Source: Vitrella brassicaformis CCMP3155 (Eukaryota; Protista; Chromerida). From it: a stretch of 61,175 nt of DNA. Below are positions 1 through 12,166 of the stretch, piece by piece. Below the pieces are notes generated by a model, which made no database searches, was not told where the DNA came from, and worked only from the letters and a program-made list of their open reading frames with translations. The stretch spans positions 1 through 61,175 of the forward strand of contig CDMY01000515.1 of NCBI GenBank assembly GCA_001179505.1. Direction: 5' to 3'. The translations under genes were made by a program, and so were the position numbers. The first letter of the stretch is position 1; each line of letters begins with the position of its first letter.

Positions 1-1229
1 CAGTGGGGCCGACTCAGTGGGCAAAGGTACGGTGGTCGGGGTGATTGACACCGGTGTCGACTACACCCATCCGGACCTCAAGGACGCCATGTGGGTCAAT
101 CAGGCCGAGATCGCTGGCAATGGCATCGATGACGACAGTAGGGATGCAGGGAGGGAGGGAGGGAGGGAGGGAGGAAGGGACATCCACACACACGATCCGC
201 ATGCATTCCTGGGTCTGTATGTGTCTGTGTGCAGGTAACGGCTTTGTTGATGACATTCACGGCTGGGCCTGGTGCGACGGATCCGAGAACCCGCACATTG
301 GCGACGGCGATCCTATGGATGAGCATGGCCACGGCACACACTGTAGTGGAACGATAGCGGCGACTGCCAACAACCAGGAGGGCATCGCAGGCGTGGCATT
401 TGGCAGAACCAAGATCATGGCGCTCAAATTCCTCTGCGGCGAGGTAAGTCGAGTAGACATAGGGTCACGGAGCGCTCAAATCACATGTCTGTGTGCGCCT
501 GCATCAGGATGGTCGGGGTTACACTGCTGACTCGATCCACGCAATCAACTATGCCGTTGCCATGGGGGCCACGCTCACAAGCAACAGCTACAGAAGCTTC
601 GGCACATCCAGGGCGCGGGAAGAGGCCATCAGAAAGGCAGAGGAGGCCAACATGCTGTTCGTCGCCGCGGCTGGCAACGATGACCTCGACACTGACGTCG
701 TCATGCACTACCCCTCATCATCTGAGCTGGACAGCGTCATCAGCGTCGGCGCGGCGACTAAGGAAGGAGAGAAGGCGTGGTTCAGCAACTACGGCCTCGA
801 GAGCGTTGACGTGTTTGCGCCGGGGACGACAATCTTCTCGACCGTGCCCGGTGGCAAGTATGCGAAAATGCAGGGCACCAGCATGGCAACGCCATTCGTC
901 GCTGGTACGCATGCAAGCACTGAGGACTGCTGTGTGATACCCATTAGACGATCCACTCAATCGCTGCTTTGTCTGTGACTTCAGGTTTGGCTGCCCTTCT
1001 GTGGTCGACGGATCCGGCGCAGAGCTATCGCGACATCAAGCATCGCATTCTGTCGACTTCCGAGAAGATGGACTCGCTCGAGGGCCTGTGCGTCACGGGG
1101 GGCCAGGTCAACGCACTGAAGGCCGTCACGTGTGCCGATTGCAAATGGACCCCCACGGAGGAGCCGACGGCGGCTCCGACGGAAGCCCCCACGCAGGAGC
1201 CTACGACGGAGGAGCCGAGTACCCCGTAA
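1..1229 (+). CDS. Subtilisin-like S8 serine protease, copy 1 (5' end outside window)
   Basis: Catalytic motifs VIDTGVD, HGTHC, AAGN and GTSMATP. GT-AG introns at 138-234, 444-507 and 905-984 join them in frame. Ends in a T/E/P/A-rich tail at TAA 1227-1229, or continues if gtaagg at 1226 is a splice donor. Confidence 0.93.
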
Positions 1230-3081
1230 GGGCCCCCCACGGCTGGTTCGCTGACGAGAAGCTGCACTGACGGCCGGGGGGAAGACTGCCTGTCTGCCTG
1301 CCTGCCTGCTGTCTGTAACGGCGTATATGTATGTGTGTGTATGTCTGCGGCATGTTGGTGTACTGCACTGTCTGTGCTGTGCTGTGCTGTGCTGTGCTCT
1401 AGCTTAGTAAGTGAGAGTCGCGTGTAGGTAGTTCTTCGTTCGTTCGTTCATTCGCTGGTCGGCCGGCAGCGCCGCGCCAGTCACTGCCACTCACTGTCTC
1501 GCGCAGCCTAGTCGGCTGCATCTGCTCTTCGTTGTGTGTGGATGAAACAGCTCTCTCTCTCTCTCTGTGTCTCTCTCTCTGAATAGCTCTCATTGTGCAT
1601 ACACTCGTACGTTAGTGGTGTGTCATATCGGTGCTTTGTCAAGTCGTCGGTGCACCGAGCTCTGACTCGATCTGACGTGATGTGCCCTGCCTGAGTGCTT
1701 CGTTGTCTTTGTTTGTTTGTGCTGTGCTGTGATCTGATGATTCTTTGTTAATAGCAAGCAGGTGGCTGCACTCACTGCATCTGATGTGTGTCTGTGCGTG
1801 TGTGCGGTCAATGTGTGCATATCCATTCCATGACGGGCGGAAGGGGGGGGGGATGGGATGGGAGGGACAAGAGACAGACCCACGAGAGACACATGCCGTG
1901 CCGAGACAATCACGTCAAGTAAAAAACCTCATCATGATGGTATGACTGACACATGTGCCCAATTGTATGTTTGAGAACGAAATGTGCACAGCACGCGGCT
2001 CGCGACACCTATTGCCACAGCACACAAACATTCTCGCACAACTCAAATGCCATTCATTCATACTGCCATTCCTCCCCTCATTCGTAATTCAGTATCACGT
2101 GAAACGGACTTTTTCGCACGATAAAACAGACTTCTGAGCCCTTACAGGCCCGAATGATCCGAATGCGACGCATTTGCAGTGAAGTCCTTGTGCGAGACTC
2201 AAACGACGTGAGCACAAGGACAGGGACTTCACTGACAGGGCGTCACGTCTGTGTGCCTGCATGTCAGTCAAGCAATGAATTGATTCAATTCATTCATCAA
2301 GTGAATCACTGCATCACTACAGCTTGGGAGAGCCGTGATCCTGGCCTGACTGGCCACGAGGTGGCCGGCCATGGGTGTCTCACATCACCCATACGTGGTC
2401 GCCATAGCCGGCCACCCTATAGAGAAGCACTCACCACCTCTCTCGTCGGTTTGTCCACCGACGAGTTTGTCCACCGACGAGAGAGGTGTACGTATACATG
2501 TATTTGTACGAATGTGTACCCTCTTGTACCGAGCGGGATGCAGATCGATGAAGGGTTCGTTCGTTCGTTCGTTCGTAACCTCACGGGGACATTGCCCCCG
2601 GCCGCCCGAAGGGGTACGCAAGGATGAAGCAGCTTCTTCCATTCGAGTGCGAGCTAAACGTGGCGAGCTAAGAGAGCAGAGGAGGGAGGAAAGGAGCACC
2701 TCAGCGAGCAATCCGCGAGGGTTTGAGCCTCGTCACAGACACGGAGCCGGTTTCGCCACTGACGACAGTCTGCGGCACTCATAAGGTAGGTGATGCAAGG
2801 ACGGGAGCGGAGCAGAAAGGGAGACGAGAGACGCCTTGCGTGCCGTGTGTTGGTTGCTTCAGTGATGGATCTGGTCGCTGAACAGCTGCTCACCTGAGGG
2901 CCTTTCGGTCGCTGCCTGGATCTACACTGCTGACTCTGCCCTGCCCCCTCACCCCAGTGTCCCACAGTCTGCCTCTCTGTTGACTGCCTGACTGCCTGAC
3001 TGTCTGCCTACCTGTCTGCCTGCCTGCGTGCCTGCGACACAAGCAAGACGGCCGGCCGCATCAGGTTTTCCCGTCTGAGCT

Positions 3082-4696
3082 ATGGCGTGTTCGTCTCTGC
3101 TGAGTGAGGCGGACCTCCAGCGGTTCCGCACGCAGCCATGCCGTCGCAACAAGACCAGGGACGGGTGTGGCTACGGTGACAGAAGATGCCAATTCAGCCA
3201 TAACACATTCTGGGTCGGCAGGCAGGCCACACTATGGCGGGCATCATCGCAGGCAGGACAGTTTGTACGTGTGAGTCTGTCTGTCTGTTTGTGTCCAATA
3301 GGTTCGACGCTGTCCGTTTTACTCGTCCGATCCGAAGTGTCTCAGATACCTGCCTCTCAAATGCAGCGCGGTGAGAACGACATACACACACACACACACA
3401 CAGAGACAGAGAGAGAGAGAGAGGCGTCCTTAATCGAATGTGTGTGTGTGCGTGTGTGTGTGTGACAGGTTGAGTTGATGGAGGGTGATTCGGTGAGGAA
3501 CTTCTGCAAGCGCGGCGGCAGCTGCCCATACGCACACTCGAGGGAAGAGATCAACTACCACCCACTTTACTACAAAACGTACCCACACACCGACGCGGAG
3601 CACTCAGAGAGTCTCAGAATGCCTTTATATGGATGGCGTGTTGCAAACTTGCTTGCCTGGGTGTGTGCAGTGAGGTATGTGAGGCCAACCAGAGCAGCGA
3701 GTGCAAGGAGTACTACTGCCCGTTCGTCCACGGCCTGGCCGAGCAGCGCACACCAGAGGTCTGCAAAATCGCGGGCTTCGGCCCGGACGGCAACGGCCTC
3801 CCACCCACAGTCAAACGCGCCAATGTTGTATTCGTCAACAAAGCTGGCGAGTAAGCTTGTGAGGCGCCATGGTATGGACAACCAAACAACTGTGTGTCTG
3901 GTGTGACCATAGCCCATTTCCTGCGGTGGAGTCGCCGCCCTCTCGCCGCCGTGTCAACCTCCACAAGCCCACAGGACAGCCTCAAGACAGTGCGCCACCG
4001 ACACCATGCGAGCTGCCCAGACCCGCCATCGGCACCGTCACTGCAAGTGCGGCTGGCTGCACACACAGAGAGATGTCGCACGCAGCCATGCGTCCGTGTG
4101 TTTGGCTGTGCGCTCAGATATGCACCCGTTTTCGCACCAGGAGGGTTGTCAGTCTGCGTTGCTGCTGCTGAGTTGCGGCGACCAGGTGTCGGTGACGCAC
4201 ACGGACAGCCGCGGCAGCAAGGGCTGGATGTACGGCACCTGCATCAAGGGCGCCCACGCCGGACACGCCGGATGGTTCCCATGCGCCATCGTCACCTTCG
4301 ACAACCACAGCAGCGACGAGCAGCACCAGCAGCACCACAGCAGCGGCAGCAGCTCCCGCACACACCATGTGCCGCCCTCTCCCTCACTGCCTACGTCGAC
4401 CGAAGAATTCTCTTCTTGCCAGATCCCCCCAGACACAGACACACATATGGACTCTCCACCAGATCGATCACTGTCTATGCGTCCGTCCGTGGTTGTATGT
4501 GCAGAGCGGCGACACACCGACGGACACGCCCAAGGCTTCTGGTGCCGTCGCTTCACACACGGGTCTGCAGGTGCACCACCACGACAGTCATCGTGCGGAG
4601 GAGACGTGGCAGGTGGGGAGTCGATACCTCGCCAGCAGACTGCAGATGATGCGGCCGCGCGAGTGGCCACACGTCCTCACCAACGGCAGCCAGTGA
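3082..4696 (+). CDS. Unkempt-like tandem CCCH zinc-finger protein with C-terminal SH3-like domain
   Basis: Spliced exons give FRTQPC..C..CQFSH, CKRGGSCPYAH..EINYHP.YYKT and C..YYCPFVHG.AEQR. A later exon (~4118-4300) gives LSCGDQVSV..GWMYG..GWFP. The 3' end is uncertain. Confidence 0.8.
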
Positions 4697-4699
4697 TTC

Positions 4700-7600
4700 G
4701 TCGTTCGTCGATCGTGTGTGTGTGTGTGTGTAAGTGTGTGTGTCGTGGGCGTTGGTATATGGAAGCGAGAGTGACTGAGTAACTAACTGGGAGAGAGGGG
4801 GGATTCTCTCTTCTCGGTGTATGTCGTCTGTCTGTCTTCGCTAACACACAAAGTCTTCAAGTCAGCAGTTGTGCTGATTGATTGACGTGTCTGTCTCTGT
4901 AGCGGCCTGTATGTAGCGAGCGACAGGTAGTCTGGCTGAAAGTGGTTAACCTGTGGTTAACTGACTGACTGACACGGGGCGAGGCGAGATGAGGGCATTC
5001 GTAGACAGCGGGGCGGCTGCTGCGAGAAGGCATCACACAGAGAGACACAGACAGGTAGGCAGGTAGCACGCACACCACACCCACACAGGTAGTCACGTAT
5101 CAGGGAGGGAGGGATGGACCATCATCCCATTTTTGTCCAACCAGCCAACCATTCATAGCGCCTGTGCCCTCTCGCCGAATCGCTCGCTCGTCGGTCTCGT
5201 AGATTGATTAAGGGAGAGAAGGAGTGAGGGAGGGGGGAACGGCTGTAGGTTCCCCCCTCTCCCCCGCCGTAGCCTCCTCCTCCCTACCCACTTGCTGTCT
5301 GTAGGTAGGCAACTAGATATTTGTGCGTACAGCCATCCATCCATCCAGCCATCCCTCGCCAGCCACACCATGTTTGATGCGTGTATGCGATTCATTCATG
5401 TGTGGTGCGTTCGTGTGCATGTGCATGTGCATGTGATGTGCATGGGTCTCTACATACATACGACATTCATTGCGTACATCCGTACATACGTACGACATTC
5501 ATCCACTCACTCATTCTTCCATACCAACTTGCTCCGTCTGTCTTGTCGCTGCTGCTGCTGCTGCTTTTTCTGACTAATTCACGTCCGTACGGCAGGTACC
5601 AACACACACACAGGTCTGTGTCACTGTGTGCGGTGTTGGGTGGGTGTAAGGTTTTGTTTTTCCTCCCTCCCTCCCTCCCTCTCTGTGTCCACCCCGTCAG
5701 CCCAGTTGCCCTCGCCGTGACGCCCCGTTATTGCACGATCCATCCCCTTATTGTGTATGCAGTGGTTTACATACCAGTGAGAGCAGTAGCTACGTTTTCA
5801 TGCGTGTGGATGAGTGAGTGATTGAGTGTGTGTATCCCTCCCTGCTTAATCGAGCAGACGCGTATCGCTTTCCAGACAGACAGACAGAGATGGAAGGACA
5901 GACAGAAAGACAGGTGTGTGGTTGTGTATGCAGGGCTACGACCTCTAGGCATGGCTGGCTTGCTTGGTTTGGCTTGGCTAGTCTCTCTCTCCCTGCCTGG
6001 CTGCCCGTCGTCTCTTTCCCATTGTTTGTGTGGATGTGGCTTGGCCGTTCTCTCTCTGTATGGCTTGGATTAACGTGTGGCCGGTTGTCATCCTCTCTGT
6101 GCCTTGCTATCTTGCTATCTTGCTATCTTGCTTGCTATCACTGCTTGTGAGTGGCTTTCTCGGCTCTAGGCTTATACGGATATATAGGCGATCGTCTGCT
6201 CGTCAGTCAGTCATACATGCATACGGGCATATGTGCGGGCTGCTGCTGACACGCATAGAAGTAAGTGGTGACCGTCCTGAAAACTAAGTAAGCCACTAGC
6301 TTCGTTGCCTGCTTAGTGTGTGGACGTAACTAGCTCTGTGGGGGGATGTGTGTGCGGCTGTGTGTGCGCCTGTGTGGGTGGGTGTCCGAGTCGACTGGCT
6401 CCCTGCTAGTTCGATCAGTCCCCACCAGCTGTGCGAATGGATGGATGGATGGATGTGTATGCGGCCGTGTGTCTCCGCGAACCTCTCTTCTGTAAGGTGC
6501 CCGAGTCTCCGGATGTCGGTGTGACTTTGTGTGTGTGCGGGTGGGTGCGGGGGCGTCCTCTGTTTAAGAGGAGAGTCTACAGCCATTCCATTGCACTCGT
6601 TGCACTACATTGCATTCCATTGCATTGCGTTCCATTACACGGGCGCTGAGAGAGACGCTTGCGCACCCCGCTTAAGGCCTTTTTTCCAGAGCGCTCGTGA
6701 GCGACCCAGACAGACAGACAGACAGTAGAATAATCGTCGCTCACGAGTGCTCGCCACTCACCCATGCGTCCACTCACTCATGGTTGTTTAACCAGAGAGA
6801 GAGAGAGAGAGAGAAGAAGGCGGACCGATTAGAGGGTCCATCTGACTGGCTAATGAATGAATGAATGGATGGGCGGGTGGGTGGGTGGGTGCACTGCACG
6901 GACCACACACACTTTGCTGTGCGGCAGATGCAACCAGCAACCTACCTACCTACCTACCTGCTGGCAAGAGGAAGGAGAGGGAGCGTACTCGCAACACTCA
7001 CTGGTTGGTATACACATGCAGACAGACAGACAGAGCGTATGGCCGCCTGCCTGCAGTGTTGTTTGCAACGGGTGGGCCGGATGGCTCTCCCTGCTGGTGC
7101 TTAACGTACGTCTCATTGTACGTCTCATTTTTAATCCCTCGAGCGAGGGAGCGAGGGAGCAACCGTAGTGTTCGCGAGAGACCCCCGCCTCCCGTCTGCG
7201 CGTCCCATCTCTGTGTCCCCACGTCCCTCTCCCCCACGCAATCTCTCCCCATCCCTCCCTCCCTCCCTCCCTCCTGCTTTTTTCTCTCTCTCTGCTGCTC
7301 CGTGATGCGTGTGTGCGTATGTGTGCCGATGTGTGTGCCTGGATCCAGCCATTCATTCATTCATCCATTCATTCATTCATTCATTAGTAAGACGTACGGA
7401 CATACACACTTCCCTACCTATCCACTTACCTACCTACTTGCCTCATTGTACACTTACATACAGCCATACTCCAGTTGTGTCCTTCCTCTGCTTCCTCTGC
7501 CTGAGTGGTGTGTGTGTGGTGTGTGTGTGTGTGTTGTGTGTGTGGTGTGGTGTGCGCGGTGTGGTGTGTGATGCATGAAATGCATGCGTGTGCAATTTTC

Positions 7601-9100
7601 TATGTTCCCGACCAAAACGAGAATCGACCGACAGCTGACCAATCGCGACGTCTGTTGTGTGAGTGCGCGACTGACTGGCGTGGTCAAGAAGGAAGTATCT
7701 CCGTGTTTACCGTCCTCCTCCCTCTGTGGATGTGTGTGCATGAGTGCCTCCTTCTCTGTCTGCCTGTCCCGTCCCCTAATTGACTCATTCCCCCCCCTCT
7801 CTCTCCCTGCCTCCCTGCCTGACGCACCCGTGTGTGACTACCCCTACTTGATGAATGGATGCTTATTTACGTACCAACCGACCTACCGACCCTTCATGTG
7901 TCCATGTGTCCATGCCATGTATGTGTGTGAGGAATGAGTGTCGCGATTGATTCTCTGTGTGTGTGCGTGAGCGTCATCCGAACGTGCTGCCTTCCGTCGT
8001 CCGTGTGTCTGTCTGTCTGCCTTGGTTTGTGCGTGTCTGTCTGTCGTTATGTCGTCGCTCTATACACATACACACATAACGATGAATACTCATATATACA
8101 TACGCAATCCTGTTCCTATGCCTTTCTCGTCCGTCCATTTCACGTGTCCCCTTTCCTTGCCCACAGGGGAGGCGGCATGCCGGGGGTGTTGTATGTGGCG
8201 TACATCGCTAGATTTTGATAATCTGGATAATCTGGAAGGAGAAAGGCAGCGAGTGGGGCAGCCCGCCTGCCTTCTTGCCTGCCTGCTGCGTGTGGCTTCA
8301 TATTTGTGTGGTGGGTGGTGTGCCTCTCTACCTGGCTGGTTAACGGGGGGGGTTTGTATGGGAGGAAAGGGTGCAGTGCGTGGCGTATTTATCTTTCTCT
8401 ATGCCGGCATCATGTGCGTGTGTCGTCTGCCGCGTCTGCCGGCACGTACATACATTCATTCATCATAACCTTCTCTGCTGTCTGCGTTGATAGACGAGAG
8501 ATGGACCGACCTCTTATGTCTGTGAAGCCAAGCCACCCACCCTTCACGCGAAGGCCTGGATAAGTTTCCACGCGCCCAACGTCGACTTTGAATGGCGTGC
8601 CGGCCACGTCGACTGAAAGTTTGGGGTTTCTATCAAACCCAGAACCCGGATGAAATGGGCTGTTCTGGGCGGATTCCTTTGCATGTGAAGCGACAGAATG
8701 CACTCAACCAATAGGCCGACTGTGTCATTGACCCATTCATTAAATCACTCATGGGGCATCCGCACCATGAGTCCATGTGAGGCATGCAGCTGTCTTGCCG
8801 GCCGGCTGTCATTCACTCAACACACACACCCACACCCACACTCACACTCATTCGACAAACACATCAGGGCAGGATGATGACATACACACGCAGCGAGTCA
8901 CAGTCGCGTACTCATTACAGTCAGTCCAGCCACCGCACACACACTAACTTTGACGAAGAAACACACACACATACACACACAGGGGCACCAGCATTGTGCC
9001 GGCAGATTAGCTGCACTCAGGCGTGGAGGCAAGGAAGCACACAGACAGACAGGCAGACAGACAGACGAGGGCGCAGAGAGGACGGCACAAATAAATGGAA
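4700..9100. repeat. Microsatellite-rich intergenic tract ((GT)n, (CA)n, (GA)n, (GGAT)n, (CATT)n, (CCCT)n)
   Basis: Simple repeats are directly visible; ORFs here translate to low-complexity C/V/H/T strings. Confidence 0.85.
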
Positions 9101-9155
9101 GGCTATATCAGTGCAGCACAGAGGGAAAAGCACATCTCCCTCCCAGCGTCCCTGA

Positions 9156-10020
9156 CTACTGCACCACACTCAGCACTTCTATCTCGTCAGCTATGAACTC
9201 CTGCGACCCGCCCAACACAGCATCGCCATCACCATCCCTCTCTCCCGTGTAGTCCTCAGGCACATCCTCACTGTCGGTCCACTGATAGCAGCTGCGGATG
9301 TCGGCAGCAGGCGGGCCATCGACAGTGCCGCTGTCACCCAACGACAGAAGCCCACCGATGTACACATTCCCACCCTCCACATTCCCCTTCCTCCCCGCCA
9401 CCTCCACCCACTGCCTATATTCTGGTATCTCGATCTTGGTCGGTTGGGGGAAGTGGCCGGCCAGTGAGAACCACCACACATCACTGTCGTAGAAGTTGCT
9501 GCCAGTCGGGTCGTCGGGCTCCTTTATGCCGGCACTGATGAAGGCGCCGAACACATACTGGTCCTTCTTGATCACAAAGACGAGAGGCTTTGCGTCGCCC
9601 ACATTGTCCAGCAGGTCGCCATAGGCAGTGCCGTGTACAGACGTCCTACACACACACACACACACAGACACATAGACGGAATGTGCCCATTGGCTGTCAC
9701 ATCATCCCTGTTGGCATGATGTGTGTCTACCGGTAGAGTGAGGTGAGTGGTGTGGTGTCATTGCCCCCCAGCAGGCCGACCAGCGCCTCATACTCTGACG
9801 CAGACAGCGACGTGTTGGCAGGAGGGGACACCTGCAGGCCGCGCAAAGGTACCTGAACACATCAAAGACAGCCATGGACACCAGAGCATTAGATGAGTGG
9901 GTGAATAGGTCACGGTGTGTGTGTGTAACATACCTGTTGTGCGGGTGTTGCCTCTGTGCCAACACAAATCCCCACCACACACAGAATCATCATGATAACA
10001 GCACTCCGCCAAGCAGCCAT
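9156..10020 (-). CDS. Signal-peptide TLDc-domain protein 1
   Basis: Exon 1 MAAWRSAVIMMILCVVGICVGTEATPAQQ; exon 2 (9832-9730) LSASEYEALVGLL..LTSLYR; exon 3 RTSVHG..YVFGAFIS..VWWFSLAGHF..F.ADEIEV, matching TLDc motifs. Splice phases are consistent. Confidence 0.88.
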
Positions 10021-10263
10021 CACGTGAATGGGAGCAGAGAGAGAAGGGGACAGAGAGCCTTGTTGGTCAGAGGGAGGACGAGGCGGACAGACGAGAGATG
10101 AGGTGAGAGGGACGAGGAAACTGACAGATTGCCTCTCGTCGGCTGATAGATCTCACCGGGTGCGACAATGAGAGCACTGGATCCCGATTGCCAAACGTGG
10201 CACAGGAACACAAAGGGGGGAAACTCTCCCTCTCTCTCCCCGTCTGAGCTCGCAGGAAAGTGA

Positions 10264-12166
10264 ATGGTTTTCAGGAAGAGAGGTGCCCTAAAGCGTCTCA
10301 CGGCCTACCGTCCTTCTCCTTGTGTGACGGACCGGAAGTCCCGGCCCTGAGGGGCAGGTGCTATCGATCTCCCGATCTCATCCATCTCCAGATGAGGCCT
10401 CCAGATCAGGCCAGTTTCACGCCCTTTCGGCAACCTCCAGCACCCTCCCGCTCCTTCGGCGATATCGATGCCGTTCTCGCACAGTGGATAGCCGTGCCGT
10501 CGAGATCTGTGGTTGATTTGCTCGACTTGGCCTCTCCTGCAGCAGCAACAGCCAGAAGGAGTACCGAGTGCTTGCTCCCCTCGGACGCTGTCGGCGAGAT
10601 TCCCGCCGCCAGCCGCAGTGACCGACACCAAGATTCCAGCCCCTCTCTGTCTTCCTGTGGTCATGGCGGTGCGAAGGAGGCCACGGGCGGTTCTCCTGGA
10701 AAGTACCTGGCGATGGATCTAGGCGTGTGGGGGATGCCGGAGCGCTATCGACTGAGGTTCTACCTTCCCGACACGCCGGAGAAGCTGTTCTTCTGGTGGA
10801 GGATACTTTGTAAGTGCGTGGGGAAGCTCCTGTCCTACTTACACATGTGTGCTGGTCTTGGTGTATTGATGCAGACTGTGCGGGTATGTGGATGGTCTGC
10901 CTCCGCGTGAGCTGTTTTGTCCTACTGCCCGACGTCAAATGGGCTCGCTATCTCATCTTAAGTGGCATTGGTGAGCGGAACGAGCACATGTCCACGTGCG
11001 AGAAGCACTGGGTTGCCCTCCACTCATTCCTTCTCTGCTTGGTTGGTGTTTGTTTATTTGTTTGCGCGTTTTGCAGTCGGTCACATTCTACAGGCTCTTG
11101 TGAACCCTCTGTTCATCTACGGAACGTACCTGAACATCGCTGTGCAGGGGGCGGTGTGCACTTATGGCATCCTTATATTGGGGGTCACCCTGCTATACGC
11201 ACGTAGGTCCAATGAATGAGCCGGCTAAGAATCGGTCTCTCCCTCCATGTATGTATGTATGTGTGTATGTATGTGTGTATGTGGGTGTAGCGTTCGGATA
11301 TTCGGCAACTCTACTGCTTGTGAGTGCGGAAACTGCCCTCTGCGCTGCCTGGTTTGCTCTAATTGCGCAGCCGCGGCTCTTTGGAGACGAGGAGATGGTC
11401 AAGAGGATGAGCGGCTTCCCTGTGCCCGGGCTCTTCACGCTGCCGGCCACATACAGCCTGGTGTCTGTCCCTCCCACACGCCTGCTGTCGGCTTCTGAGC
11501 ACACGTGGGCGGATCAGAACGGGGTATTCTCTCTGGTGCGCAAGTATGTGCCCTGCACGAGGTCGATCGACGAGTTGGACTTCTGCCGACTGCTCAAGTA
11601 CGTGGCCTACCTGGGGACAGCCTTGGACTACTTGTCCGATCTAGGTGCGATAAGTGGGTGGGTGGTTGTGTGGGAGCATGTAGTCGCTTACTCACCTACT
11701 GTTTTGTTGGTGCTGCTGTTTGTTGCTCATGTATGCAGCCGTTGGGATGGGCATGGTGTCGCATGGTAATGCCCTCTGGCCCGGAGTCACCATTCTGATT
11801 CTCCGCCAAGTGGACACCATGAGCGCAGCCATTTCTTACGGCATCCGCACCAGGGCGACGCTGCGGCAGCACGTGTACATGTTCGCGGCGTCCCTGTTCG
11901 AGGTGCCCATCCTGGTTCTGACCATCTTGTATGGGGCTCGGTCGACCGACACAGTGACGATGGTGATTTCCATCATGGCCACATCCACCACAATAGTCAT
12001 CAAGGGACTCGCCACGCTCCATACCATCATGGTGCAGCGGCTGCGAGCCAAGACTGGCCCGGGTGGGAAGCCGAGCATGACGCCGCGCACCATGAGCACC
12101 GAATGGCCCACTGAGGCTGGATGCAGTGATGGATGCATGGATGTGGAAGTGGGGAGGGGAAATTAA
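10264..12166 (+). CDS. Multipass membrane protein of unknown function (possibly XK-like)
   Basis: Several hydrophobic coding-like exons (FFWWRILC, NPLFIYGTYLNIAV, ATLLLVSAETALCAAWFALI, TALDYLSDL, SLFEVPILVLTILY) with GT-AG boundaries. Start and end are uncertain. Confidence 0.6.

Noticed and set aside
4800-8400. Numerous 60-240 aa ORFs
   Set aside because: They are translations of microsatellites (CVCV, HTHT, LPPSL) with no domain motifs or consistent splice structure.
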